Assembly (NCBI GenBank): GCA_950097015.1
Contig: CATNEN010000001.1
Span: forward strand, 9,548,001 to 9,612,000
Direction of reading: 5' to 3'
DNA from: Macrostomum hystrix
Taxonomy: Eukaryota; Animalia; Platyhelminthes
Length of the DNA stretch: 64,000 nucleotides
Below the pieces are notes generated by a model. The model was not told the origin of the DNA. It was given only the letters and a program-made list of their open reading frames with translations, and made no database searches. The translations under genes were made by a program, and so were the position numbers. Positions 39,291-52,420 of the stretch are shown here, piece after piece; position 1 is the first letter of the stretch, and each line of letters starts with the position of its first letter.

Positions 39291-39596
39291 ATCACCTTGC
39301 TAATTGGTTTGCCATTAAGATTGATGAAAATTTCGTTCGAGAAAAAATATTTTCAAAGAGTCAAAGTATCAAAGTATCAAAGAGTTTGTTGCAAATTCAC
39401 TTTTTTAGCTTTTATTTAATATAGACTTAGCTTTTTTGTATAACTTTTATCTGGAATATTTTATAAAACTTGTTGGTCCCGCCTATAATATTTTTTATTT
39501 TACACAAGTTATAACCTAATAAAAATTACCAAATCGTTATACCAAGAAAAGATACCAGGTAACTATTTTTATATCCTTGTTTCCTTGCTTGTTGCT

Positions 39597-39965
39597 GGGG
39601 GGGGGGTCGGTGGCAGAGCGGTTAACGCGTTTGCCTCTCGCACCACGGTCACTAAGTTCGATTCCGCGGCGAGGCCACATTTTTATTTGGGGCGCAGCCG
39701 CGGAGAGAAGGCTTGGGGGCTTGTCGTGCAATTTACGCCCTTGAGGGCCAACCTCCAAGGCACAGTGAGAGTGTACATTGCCTGACGATGAGAAAGTCAG
39801 GGCAGATGTACACACATGTGTGAGCGTGGGCCTGCGTACAGTATCTGTGTGCGTGTGTGCTCAGGAGTCAGCGAAATGGGTAGAATTGCCTTCTCTCTGG
39901 CTGCGGTTCTAGTGTCACTAAATTATGTGCCATTGCCCGCAGCCCTCCTGAAATTATTATTACAA
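39597..39965 (+). mobile_element. tRNA-derived SINE family B (most complete copy)
   Basis: A-box TGGCAGAGCGG, B-box GTTCGATTCC, ATT-repeat tail. Confidence 0.88.
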
Positions 39966-41009
39966 TATTATTCCTTGCTTGTTTCTTGTTCATATATTTA
40001 CCCGTCCTATTCTCTCCTGTCCTCTCCTCTCCTCGTAAAATACTGTACAAAAAGCAATTTGAAAAGCGATTCTAAACGTTATGAAGGAGCTAAATAAAGA
40101 GTTCGTTTGCATCCATTTAACAGACTCAGAGAAAATAGACTCAATAAGACTGCTGGGGAATGAAAAGTTTTTTGCTGAAAAAAAACTTTCAGGCTTTCTA
40201 TTCACTCTAGTTTATACTGAGAGGAGAGGAGAGAGGTGAGGCGAGGCACTCCGCAAAGACAGAGACAGAGAGAGAAGGCCTTCTCTACCAACGTCAGCTG
40301 ACACCGTTCCAAGAAATAGTCAGCTCTCCTCCATCTTCAAAACTAAAGCGAGGATAAGAATAAAAATGGTTTAGACCACTGGGCCAACAATTGGGTGAGG
40401 CCACAGCTATGGGGTGAGCTGCTCACCGGAGTTGGTCGTCGCAGACTCTCCGAGCATCTTATTTTCTTATCTCATTTAGAGTTATTAAGCTCGGGAGTAG
40501 CTATTTGGGTTGCTAAGGCCTCAAAGATTTATAATTGTTGGCTCTCATCTGATTAAAGAAACTCGCGGCTCAAAAAAGTGTCTCAAACAGTCTCAAACTA
40601 ACAGCTTCGGCCAGTCCTTAAAGCCAAGCAATTTCGTGCAACTTGGCATACTCAGCACTAGGTAACCAAAGGCCAATTGAGCACACTAGAGACTGGAGGC
40701 TAGTTCTCAGCGCTCACTGAGCAACGGACAACTGTGGCAACTCATCGAGGCAACTGCTAACCTCCTTGCCAGTGTCCGTGGACTGCTGGTTGATTAGTGA
40801 GTAACTTCACGAGAACATTGTTTTAGTGTGTACTTTGCAGTAGAATATTTTAAGGACAAGTTAGACCAGAACTGTAACTGTAGGTTTTTATGAAAGATAT
40901 TCTATTAATCTGAATTCATTCTCTCACAAATTATTGCCATAATATATTTAGACTTATATTTTTATAGCATATAGAATGTCCAATTAAACTTCCTTCCTCT
41001 AACACCTAC

Positions 41010-43245
41010 TTCCTCTCCCATCACCACATCCTCTCCCGCCACCCCATCCAAGACCGTCACCCCATCCTATCCCGTCACCCCATCCTCTCATCACCCATTT
41101 TCTCCCATCACCCCATCCTCTCCCATCACCCCATCCTCTCCCATCACCCCATTCTCTCCCCATCCTATCCCATCACCCCATCCTCTCCCATCACCCCATC
41201 CTCTCCCATCACCCCATCCTCTCCCATCACCCCATCCTCTCCCATCACCCCATCCTCTCCCATCACCCCATCCTCTCCCATCACCCCATCCTCTCCCATC
41301 ACCCCATCCTCTCCCATCACCCCATCCTCTCCCATCACCCCATCCTCTCCCATCACCCCATCCTCTCCCATCACCCCATCCTCTCCCATCACCCCATCCT
41401 CTCCCATCACCCCATTCTCTCCCCATCCTATCCCATCACCCCATCCTCTCCCATCACCCATCCTCTCCCATCACCCATCCTCTCCCATCACCCATCCTCT
41501 CCCGTCACCCATCCTCTCCCGTCACCCCATCCTCCCCCATCACCCATTCTCTCCCATCACCCATCCTCTCCCATCACCCATCCTCTCCCATCACCCCATC
41601 CTCTCCCATCACCCCATCCTCTCCCATCACCCCATCCTCTCCCATCACCCCATCCTCTCCCATCACCCCATCCTCTCCCATCACCCCATCCTCTCCCATC
41701 ACCCCATCCTCTCCCATCACCCATCCTCTCCCATCACCCATCCTCTCCCATCACCCATCCTCTCCCATCACCCATCCTCTCCCGTCACCCATCCTCTCCC
41801 GTCACCCCATCCTATCCCGTCACCCCATCCTCCCCCATCACCCATCCTCTCCCATCACCCATCCTCTCCCATCACCCATCCTCTCCCATCACCCATCCTC
41901 TCCCATCACCCCATTCTCTCCCCATCCTATCCCGTCACCCCATCCTCCCCCATCACCCATCCTCTCCCATCACCCATCCTCTCCCATCACCCATCCTCTC
42001 CCATCACCCCATCCTCTCCCATCACCCCATTCTCTCCCCATTCTCTCCCATCACCCCATCCTCCCATCTCCAATCCCCCGTCACCCCATCCTATCCCATC
42101 ACCCATCCTATCTCATCACCCCATCCTCTCCCATCACCCCATCCTCTCCCATCACCCCATTCTCTCCCCATCCTATCCCATCACCCCATCCTCTCCCATC
42201 ACCCATCCTCTCCCATCACCCATCCTCTCCCATCACCCATCCTCTCCCATCACCCATCCTCTCCCATCACCCATCCTCTCCCGTCACCCATCCTCTCCCG
42301 TCACCCCATCCTATCCCGTCACCCCATCCTCCCCCATCACCCATCCTCTCCCATCACCCATCCTCTCCCATCACCCATCCTCTCCCATCACCCCATCCTA
42401 TCCCATCACCCCATCCACTCCCATCACCCATCCTCTCCCATCACCCATCCTCTCCCATCACCCATCCTCTCCCATCACCCATCCTCTCCCGTCACCCATC
42501 CTCTCCCGTCACCCCATCCTATCCCGTCACCCCATCCTCCCCCATCACCCATCCTCTCCCATCACCCATCCTCTCCCATCACCCATCCTCTCCCATCACC
42601 CATCCTCTCCCATCACCCCATTCTCTCCCCATCCTATCCCGTCACCCCATCCTCCCCCATCACCCATCCTCTCCCATCACCCATCCTCTCCCATCACCCA
42701 TCCTCTCCCATCACCCCATCCTCTCCCATCACCCCATTCTCTCCCCATTCTCTCCCATCACCCCATCCTCCCATCTCCAATCCCCCGTCACCCCATCCTA
42801 TCCCATCACCCATCCTATCCCGTCACCCCATCCTCCCCCATCACCCATCCTCTCCCATCACCCATCCTCTCCCATCACCCATCCTCTCCCATCACCCATC
42901 CTCTCCCATCACCCCATTCTCTCCCCATCCTATCCCGTCACCCCATCCTCCCCCATCACCCATCCTCTCCCATCACCCATCCTCTCCCATCACCCATCCT
43001 CTCCCATCACCCCATCCTCTCCCATCACCCATCCTCTCCCATCACCCATCCTCTCCCATCACCCATCCTCTCCCATCACCCCATTCTCTCCCCATTCTCT
43101 CCCATCACCCCATCCTCCCATCTCCAATCCCCCGTCACCCCATCCTATCCCATCACCCATCCTATCCCATCACCCATCCTATCCCATCACCCCGTCCTAT
43201 CCCATCACCCGATCCTATCCCGTCACCCCATCCTCCCTTCGCCCA
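41010..43245. repeat. 17/18-bp C-rich minisatellite (CCCATCACCCCATCCTCT)n upstream of ANK-cGLR copy 1
   Basis: Tandem units; a homologous shorter array lies at 55727-56232. Confidence 0.95.
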
Positions 43246-44028
43246 TCTTTCATCAGGGTTAGGTTGTCGCAGGCGTATTTAACAAAGAGCGCTGAGCCAC
43301 TCCATCTAAGACCCTCTCCCCCCTTTTTCTCGATTCCAGTCTCACTCGTTGTCCCAGAAGAACCCCAGTCCACAGACAGTTATCGGACTTGTTCCTTTCA
43401 GCCGTAGATGGGCTGATCAGGATTTGCGTGATAAACTTGGGGCTGTGCTTTCCGGGAACCAAAGTTTCCAAATAGCTGTGCAGGTAACGCATTTAGCACT
43501 GGGTGCTACGCCCTGCCATGCCTGGCTCCGGGTATTAATTTATCTCTCCTGTGTGTTATCATCCCCTGGTTTTAAGCATTTTTTGTGGTTGGCACAACAA
43601 TTATTTTCATGCCCTATGGGACCAGTGGGACTAGCTTGCCTGATGCCAATAGGACCATTCACATATTTCACTGACCCCTGTCCCCTTCCCATCTGCACCT
43701 GAGCCTGCTTTCCTCGCTCCTCTCTCCAGTCCGCTCCCCCTGTCCCCTTAACTCTCCCATGTCCTCTACCCTGCTGCCTCCCTGCACTGGTGAGAATAGA
43801 TTTCCTTTCCCTTAATTGCCTGCTCTGCCAGCTGTTCAGTTGTGTGCTAAGTGTTAGTCGCGCGGGTAAGAATTCATGACACTCCGCCACTCTTGAAGTC
43901 CTGGCACCCACACTTCAAAAAAGAAATTCCATAAAAACCATGAAATTTTGCAAATTATAACAAGCTCCATTCTCAAATGACAAAACAAGCAGGCGATACC
44001 GTGAGACGAAAAGCCAACGACATTTGAA

Positions 44029-47000
44029 ATGGGACAACACATTGGCCTCCAAGGAGCTGCCAGACACGGGCACCTCAAAATAGTTCGACTTCACATGACA
44101 TTTGTCTGGGGCAATCAACGAAAGAATGCATTGTGCGTCAAGACTTGTCAAGTAGCAGCGAGGGAGGGTCAGTTGGAAGTGGTTCGATTTCTTGTGGAGT
44201 CAGTCGCTGACCAAACAATGAGAGATCTGTGCTGCATGAAGGCTGCGTATTATGCTGCAATCGAGGATCAGTGGGAAGTGGTTCCATTTCTTGTGCAGAC
44301 AGTCGCTGACCAAACAATGAGAGATCAGTTCTGCATGAAGGCTGCGGATTATGCTGCAATCGAGGGTCAGTGGGAAGTGGTTCGATTTCTTGTGCAGACA
44401 GTCGCCGACCAAAATATGAAAGATCAGTGCTGCATTAAGGCTACGGATTATGCTGCAAGCGAGGGTCAGTGGGAAGTGGTTCCATTTCTTGTGCAGACAA
44501 TCGCTGACCAAACAATGAAAGATCAGTGCTGCATTAAGGCTACGGATTATGCTGCAAGCGAGGGTCAGTGGGAAGTGGTTCGATTTCTTGTGCAGACAAT
44601 CGCTGACCAAACAATGAGAGATCAGTGCTGCATTAAGGCAACGGTTTTTGCTGTAATCAACGGTCAGTGGGAAGTGGTTCGATTTCTTGTGCAGACAATC
44701 GCTGACCAAACAAAGAGAGATCAGTGCTGCATGAAGGCTGCGGAATCTGCTGCAACCAAGGGTCAGTTGGAAGTGGTTCGATTTCTTGTGCAGACAATCG
44801 CTAACCAAACAATGAGAGATCAGTGGTGCATGAAGGCTGCGGAATCTGCTGCAATCAAGGGTCAGTTGGAGGTGGTTCGATTTCTTGTGGAGTCAGTCGC
44901 TGACCAAACAATGAGAGATCAGTGCTGCATGAAGGCTGCGGAATCTGCTGCAACCAAGGGTCAGTGGGAAGTGGTTCGATTTCTTGTTCAGACAGTCGCT
45001 GACCAAACTATGAGAGATCAGTGCTGCATGAAGGCTGCGGAATCTGCTGCAACCAAGGGTCAGTGGGAAGTGGTTCCATTTCTTGTGCAGACAGTCGCTG
45101 ACCAAAAAATGAGAGATCAGTTCTGCATGAAGGCTGCGGATTATGCTGCAATCGAGGGTCAGTTGGAAGTGGTTCCATTTCTTGTGCAGACAGTCGCTGA
45201 CCAAACAATGAGAGATCAGTTCTGCATGAAGGCTGCGGATTATGCTGCAATCGAGGGTCAGTGGGAAGTGGTTCGATTGCTTGTGCAGACATTCGCTGAC
45301 CAAACAATGAGAGATCAGTTCTGCATGAAGGCTGCGGAATCTGCTGCAATCGAGAATCAGTGGGAAGTGGTTCCATTTCTTGTGCAGACAGTCGCTGACC
45401 AAACAATGAGAGATCAGTGCTGCATTAAGGCTGCGGAATCTGCTGCAACCAAGGGTCAGTGGGAAGTGGTTCGATTGCTTGTGCAGACATTCGCTGACCA
45501 AACAATGAGAGATCAGTTCTGCATGAAGGCTGCGGAATCTGCTGCAATCGAGAATCAGTGGGAAGTGGTTCCATTTCTTGTTCAGACAGTCGCTGACCAA
45601 ACTATGAGAGATCAGTGCTGCATGAAGGCTGCGGAATCTGCTGCAACCAAGGGTCAGTGGGAAGTGGTTCGATTGCTTGTGCAGACATTCGCTGACCAAA
45701 CAATGAGAGATCAGTTCTGCATGAAGGCTGCGGAATCTGCTGCAATCGAGAATCAGTGGGAAGTGGTTCCATTTCTTGTGCAGACAGTCGCTGACCAAAC
45801 AATGAGAGATCAGTGCTGCATTAAGGCTGCGGAATCTGCTGCAACCAAGGGTCAGTGGGAAGTGGTTCGATTTCTTGTTCAGACAGTCGCTGACCAAACT
45901 ATGAGAGATCAGTGCTGCATGAAGGCTGCGGAATCTGCTGCAACCAAGGGTCAGTGGGAAGTGGTTCGATTTCTTGTGCAGACAGTCGCTGACCAAACAA
46001 TGAGAGATCAGTTCTGCATGAAGGCTGCGGATTATGCTGCAATCGAGGGTCAGTGGGAAGTGGTTCGATTGCTTGTGCAGACATTCGCTGACCAAACAAT
46101 GAGAGATCAGTTCTGCATGAAGGCTGCGGAATCTGCTGCAATCGAGAATCAGTGGGAAGTGGTTCGATTTCTTGTTCAGACAGTCGCTGACCAAACTATG
46201 AGAGATCAGTGCTGCATGAAGGCTGCGGAATCTGCTGCAACCAAGGGTCAGTGGGAAGTGGTTCGATTTCTTGTTCAGACAGTCGCTGACCAAACTATGA
46301 GAGATCAGTGCTGCATGAAGGCTGCGGAATCTGCTGCAACCAAGGGTCAGTGGGAAGTGGTTCGATTTCTTGTTCAGACAGTCGCTGACCAAACTATGAG
46401 AGATCAGTGCTGCATGAAGGCTGTGGAATCTGCTGCAATCCATGGTCAGTTAGAGGTGGTTCGATTTCTTGTTCAGACAGTCGCTGGTCAGCGTTCAGGG
46501 AATCAGAGCTGCGAAGGGGCTGGTGAGTCTGCTGAAAGAGAACTTGTCCTAACTTCTCTTCGCAAAATATGCATTGAGGCAGCTTGCTCTCGTCTCCACG
46601 AAGACATTGTGGCTTTTCTCGGACTCGAGCCCTGCTGGCTTCTTCACTCAAGCCAAGTCCTCAGATTTGCCGCCTCGATGGCCACTGAGGGCAGGAACTC
46701 TGTTCTCGCCCAGACCCTGTCTCGAATGCAGCCAGATGAGATCACGCAGCTGCTCTGTCTCTCCATCCAACACGGTCATGTTGCGCTGGCTCTTACTGTC
46801 ATGGAAGACAAGCAATTCAGCAGAGAATATGTCGATTCACCCGACGGCGGTGGAGCTACAGCCCTCATGCTGTCAGCTGATGCAGGTCATCACGAGCTCA
46901 TTGACAAGCTGCTAGAATTAGGTGCGTCAGTGAGGGCACAAGACAGTCAGGGTCGGACAGCTCTGTCGCGAGCTTGTGAAGCGGGTCATGTGCGAGCAGC

Positions 47001-49697
47001 CAAGAGTCTGATGGTCAGAGGCGCCGATTCGAGTCATCGAGACACTCGGGGTAGGACATGCGCGCAGCTGGCCGAGCAACACCCGCAGCTGCTGCGACTG
47101 CTGGCGCCCCAGGCTTTGATGTAAGCTGAATTTCTTAAACTGAATTTTCTCATCTCCGGAGACACTGAAGTGCCGCAATTTCTCAAATTGAATTTCGTTA
47201 CTTTTTTGCACAGAAAGTTTGCGTCACACTCTTTAGCTCTTAATTGGAGCAACTGCGCTAGTTTCAACGCTAGGTTTTAGGACACAACTTGTCAATTAAT
47301 TTCTTAATCGTACTTTTAGCTCGTATTTTGCTGGCAATAAAATTTGGGGCTAATTCACATTTCAGCCCTGATGCAAAAGCCACTGTTACTCGTTCTTTAA
47401 GTTTCGGAGGCTTACGGACCGAGACAGAATTTCAGCAGGATCTGGATGCGTAAGTATTCTTTTCGTTTCGCTTGCCAGTTATTTTTGCAGCGTTGATTGG
47501 CTCACCATTTGCCTCATTCTAGGATTTCCCAAAATCCTTTTGATTTTAGCAGCTCTTTGCTCGCAAGCTGGCTCGAGTGGCGAGCTGTACCAAAGAAGCA
47601 TATAACTTGAAAAGTGTGATTTCATAATATTCCAGAACCCGTAGCACTCTCTTGGTCTTGACCTGGAAACCAGCTGGTGTCCTGTCTCGAGACAGGAAAT
47701 ATCAATAATACAGAATATTCAGCATTTAACTAAAAACTCTAGTACATGTAAGAGAGGCCAGAACTTTCCTTTGTTCTGCAGGCTCCAAGACGAGTCACGG
47801 CACGACAGTCGGCTCAGTGAAGATCTGCACCGGCTGCTTAGCGAGGCGGGATTCACTCAGCACAGAGCTCAGTGCCAGCAGCGAATGGCTGCCTGGCTGG
47901 AAGGAGTCGCTCGATTCCTCACTCAAGAGGACAGGTGGATGACAGGTAGCTTCGCAGAGGGCTGGGCCAACAGTGTAGTGCAAGTGAACGGCAGGACAGC
48001 GGCAGACTCCGACATCGACTGGACTGTGCTCGTTGCTGGGCAGGAGTTTCACTTGGAGGGCCACTGCATTGAAAGGTTGTACACCAGCTGCAAAGTGTCT
48101 ACGAAGCTGAAGGTCACGGAGGGTCACGCGCAGGTGGCCGTGGGATCAGGTGAGTTCCTGGACAATTTTGAACAGTCTTGGGACCTGGGACTTAACTCAC
48201 AACTTTTGGATCCCTCACTCACCGTCCTTTGCAGGCAGCCAGCCGGCCGTCAGAACCGATGCATGCGGTGTGCGGCCTGCTCAGGACACCTGCCATGCGA
48301 TCCAGTGCTGCAGCAAGTTCAGTGAGCACAGAATCAAGAAGCTTATAAAGACTGACAACTTTGATGCAGTTCACCTCGTGAGAGCGACCAGACCGAACTC
48401 GACCAACGAGCTCAGACTGAGCTTCAGCTTCCACGAGAGAGAGGCCATGAGACGGCTGAGCACAGTCCAGGGACAGCTTTTTACACTCATCAAATTTATC
48501 TTCAAAAGATACTTGCCACACACTCTGGACACACCTGGACTCAAGACCTACCATGCAAAGACTCTGCTCTTCTTCATGCTGGAGAAGCATGGCACAGATC
48601 CAAATGCTGAAGATTGGCAGCCTCAGAATCTTATCTCACTGCTGAAGGAGTCTCTCGACATGATGCTGAGCTTCATCTACTCAAGCAGCTCACCCGATGA
48701 GTGCATGCCGCACTTCTTCATGTCCGACGCTCCGCTCTACTTCAAGAACGCTGGAATCGGCGGCGACTTCGACAACACGAAGGCGAGGGTTCGAGACCGA
48801 CTGAGAGAGCTGAGAAGCGACATCGGCGGAGTGGTTGAGCAGATAAGGAGACTCGTGAGACCTCTGCAGTCAGAAAATTTCTTCTTTCACCCGTTTACTC
48901 TGCTGCCACTGACAGCGCTTTCCACAGTCACTGAGCTGAAGACATATTACTTTGAAGAGTGTTCGAATGTGTTCAGTGTGGTGCAGCAGTGCATGGCCGA
49001 GCTGCAGTCAGAGTCATCTGACATAGACACCCTGATGAGTCAGCTCAGTCTCCTGCATCAGCTGCGGTGGTGCAAGTGCGCCGCCCTGTGCATGACCGCA
49101 ATTGCTCATCTGAAGTTCGGAGACTCCGAGGAGGCTGAGAGACTCCTGATGGAGCTGCGAGGTCACGAATGCCAAAATGGACTGCGCCCAGAAGATTTCA
49201 GAGAAGTGATGTCCGTCATTCGGCTGCCCTCGGACTCGGACTGGGCGTGGAGGTTCTGCCTCCCCGCACACACTCCGCCTCGATTCCCATTCCTTCCCGA
49301 GTTCACGCAGACTCTGCTCACAGCCAGACTGTCGCAGCCTCGCTCTGAGCACCTGTACGTGAACTTCCGCTGCCTGAGCTGGAGTCTCCAAGCTGAGCTG
49401 CTCCGCAATCGCACAGCAATCGACTTCGGTGCGTGGCGCTCAGAGCTGCAAGAGGACCCGGACTTGGAGGAACTGCTCACTCTGGCTCACTACAGTGACC
49501 AAGCTGAGCACGTGGAGTTCAGTCTGCGACAGATCGTCACGGTCGAAAAACGCGTCGCCATGGAAACGCAGGATGAGAAGAAGATCAGCTGGGTCAGGGA
49601 GAAGCTGGAGCGAATTTGGCGCAATGACATCTCCATGGAGACGGCGGAGCAGCAGAGAGATGGCTGGCTCCACGCAAAGCTGCAGCGGTTTGCATAG
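44029..49697 (+). CDS. Ankyrin-like repeat array + ankyrin + Mab-21/cGAS-like nucleotidyltransferase (cGLR) + helical C-terminus, copy 1; 4 exons, ~1668 aa
   Basis: Exons 44029-47120, 47366-47449, 47782-48149 and 48235-49697 total 5007 nt, in frame, all GT-AG. 24 x 33-aa repeats; canonical ANK (GATALMLSADAGH, GRTALSRACEAGH); NTase MTGSFAEG...DSDID, QDTCHAIQC, LRLSFSFHE, LKTYHAKTLLFF, CMPHFF. Confidence 0.88.
44167..46490 (+). repeat. Coding tandem array of 24 x 99-bp units (last unit partial)
   Basis: GQ(W/L)EVV motif every 99 bp from 44167 to 46444. Confidence 0.95.
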
Positions 49698-50231
49698 TCA
49701 ACCATTGACGGATAAACGACGCGTTGCCATGGTGATTGCTGGTCCATCTTAATTTGAATTTCTGCCAAGCCAGGCAGACCTTTCGGTGTCATTTGCTCTG
49801 ATGCTGCCTTAAGTTCATGCTGTGAAACTTTTAAACAATTTTCTCACATATCCTTGTTATTAGTTATTGGTTATTAGCTTCGTCAATTTAATGCGATATG
49901 TTTTCTTGTGTTTTCATACGTTTGCCTCTCCAATTTCGACTACGATTGAAAATGATAGAAGAAAAAGGAGGTTTCGAAAATGAATTATATCGCTTTTACA
50001 TGATTTCACTGTCAACACGTTTTGAGAAATGACATTTTGACGCTGCGAATTCTCGCTACTGTATCACCTAAACTTTTTGCTTATTCGACTATTACTGTGG
50101 AACAAGAGATAAGCTAAATTTTCCTTCTTGATTTTTCCTGATTTTGTTTTCCTCTCTTTTATTCCCCCCCGTCACTCTGACAAGGCAGTTGAAGTACTTC
50201 CCATTTTTCAGCCGATGTGGCAAGACTTTCT

Positions 50232-51136
50232 CAAGCTACTGGAAGTAAGTGGACGTCCCTAGAAGCTACTGGAAGTGAGTGGACGTCTCTAGAACCTACT
50301 GGAAGTGAGGGGAGGTCTCTAGAAGCTACTGGAAGTCAGTGGAGGTCTCTAGAAGCTACTGGAAGTGAGGGGAGTTCTCTAGAAGCTACTGGAAGTGAGG
50401 GGAGGTCTCTGGAAGCTACTGGAAGTGAGGGGAGGTCTCTAGAAGCTACTGAAAGTGAGTGGAAGTCTCTAGAAGTCTCTAGATGCTACTGGAAGTGAGG
50501 GGAGGTCTCTAGAAGCTACTGGAAGTCAGTGGAGGTCTCTAGAAGCTACTGGAAGTGAGGGGAGTTCTCTAGAAGCTACTGGAAGTGAGGGGAGGTCTCT
50601 GGAAGCTACTGGAAGTCAGTGGAGGTCTCTGGAAGCTACTGGAAGTGAGGGGAGTTCTCTAGAAGCTACTGGAAGTGAGGGGAGTTCTCTAGAAGCTACT
50701 GGAAGTGAGGGGAGGTCTCTAGAAGCTACTGGAAGTCAGTGGAGGTCTCTAGAAGCTACTGGAAGTCAGTGGAGGTCTCTAGAAGCTACTGGAAGTGAGG
50801 GGAGTTCTCTAGAAGCTACTGGACGTCAGTGGAGGTCTCTAGAAGCTACTGGAAGTCAGTGGAGGTCTCTAGAAGCTACTGGAAGTGAGGGGAGTTCTCT
50901 AGAAGCTACTGGAAGTGAGGGGAGGTCTCTAGAAGCTACTGGAAGTGAGTGGAAGTCTCTAGAAGTCTCTAGATGCTACTGGAAGTGAGGGGAGTTCTCT
51001 AGAAGCTACTGGAAGTCAGTGGAGGTCTCTAGAAGCTACTGGAAGTGAGGGGAGTTCTCTAGAAGCTACTGGACGTCAGTGGAGGTCTCTAGAAGCTACT
51101 GGAAGTGAGGGGAGGTCTCTAGAATCTACTGGAAGT
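50232..51136. repeat. 30-bp minisatellite (AGAAGCTACTGGAAGTGAGGGGAGGTCTCT)n
   Basis: About 30 units. Confidence 0.95.
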
Positions 51137-51384
51137 AATTTCAAGTCAGTTTATTATGCGATCAGTGTCACCCCGGCTGAGTTGATTGATTTATTTTTTT
51201 TTCTGAATTATTGTTGTGTAATGTACAAAGTACATGTGTGTACAGAAATATTGTAATATTAGTTGTATTGCATGCATAACATAATTGTATTGCTGAATGA
51301 AAAAGCAATATTCTTATTTAGCCTTGTTAGAATTCTAAATATATTATCTTCTTGGCTTCATTATTTAATTTACTCTTTTACTAT

Positions 51385-52420
51385 CGGCCCCATCATCCAC
51401 TCCATCATCCACTCCATCATCCACTCCATCATTCACTCCATCATCCACTTCATCAACCACGCCACCATCAAACTTATCATCCACTTAATTATCCACTCCA
51501 ACATCCACTCCACCATCAAATCCATTATCCATTCCATCATCGGCACCATCATCCACTACAACATCCGGATTCCCGATGTCACAGATTCCCGATGCCACAG
51601 ATTCCCTATGTCACAGATTCCCTATGTCACAGATTCCTGATGTCACAGATTCCTGATGTCACAGATTCCTGATGTCACAGATTCCTGATGTCACAGATTC
51701 CTCATGTCACAGATTCCTCATGTCACCGATTCCTGATGTCACAGATTTCTCAAGTCACAGATTCCTCATGTCACAGATTCCTGTTCTCACAGATTCCCGA
51801 TGTCACAGATTCCTGATGTCAAATGTCACAGATTCCTGATGTCACACATTCCTGATGTCACACATTCCTGATGTCACAGATTCCTGGTGTCACAGATTCC
51901 TGATGTCACAGATTCCTGATGTCACAGATTCCTGATGTCACAGATTCCTGATGTCACAGATTCCTGATGTCACAGATTCCTGATGTCACAGATTCCTGAT
52001 GTCACAGATTCCTGATGTCACAGATTCCTGATGTCACACATTCCTGATGTCACAGATTCCTGATGTCACAGATTCCTGATGTCACAGATTCCTGATGTCA
52101 CACATTCCTGATGTCACAGATTCCTGATGTCACAGATTCCTGATGTCACAGATTCCTGATGTCACAGATTCCTGATGTCACAGATTCCTGATGTCACACA
52201 TTCCTGATGTCACAGATTCCTGATGTCACACATTCCTGATGTCACAGATTCCTGATGTCACACATTCCTGATGTCACACATTCCTGATGTCACAGATTCC
52301 TGATGTCACACATTCCTGATGTCACAGATTCCTGATGTCACAGATTCCTGATGTCACACATTCCTGATGTCACACATTCCTGATGTCACACATTCCTGAT
52401 TTCACAGATGTTCCTGATGT
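51385..52420. repeat. (ATCCACTCCATC)n tract followed by 16-bp minisatellite (ATTCCTGATGTCACAG)n
   Basis: Tandem units visible; the 16-bp array spans 51570-52420. Confidence 0.93.

Noticed and set aside
39782-39805. Hammerhead-like CTGACGA...GAAA in SINE B
   Set aside because: Only 3 nt lie between the motifs, so stem II cannot form; better explained as a simple hairpin.
44200-46443. Long antisense ORFs over the 99-bp arrays (also 56666-57799)
   Set aside because: Shadow frames produced by repeat periodicity.
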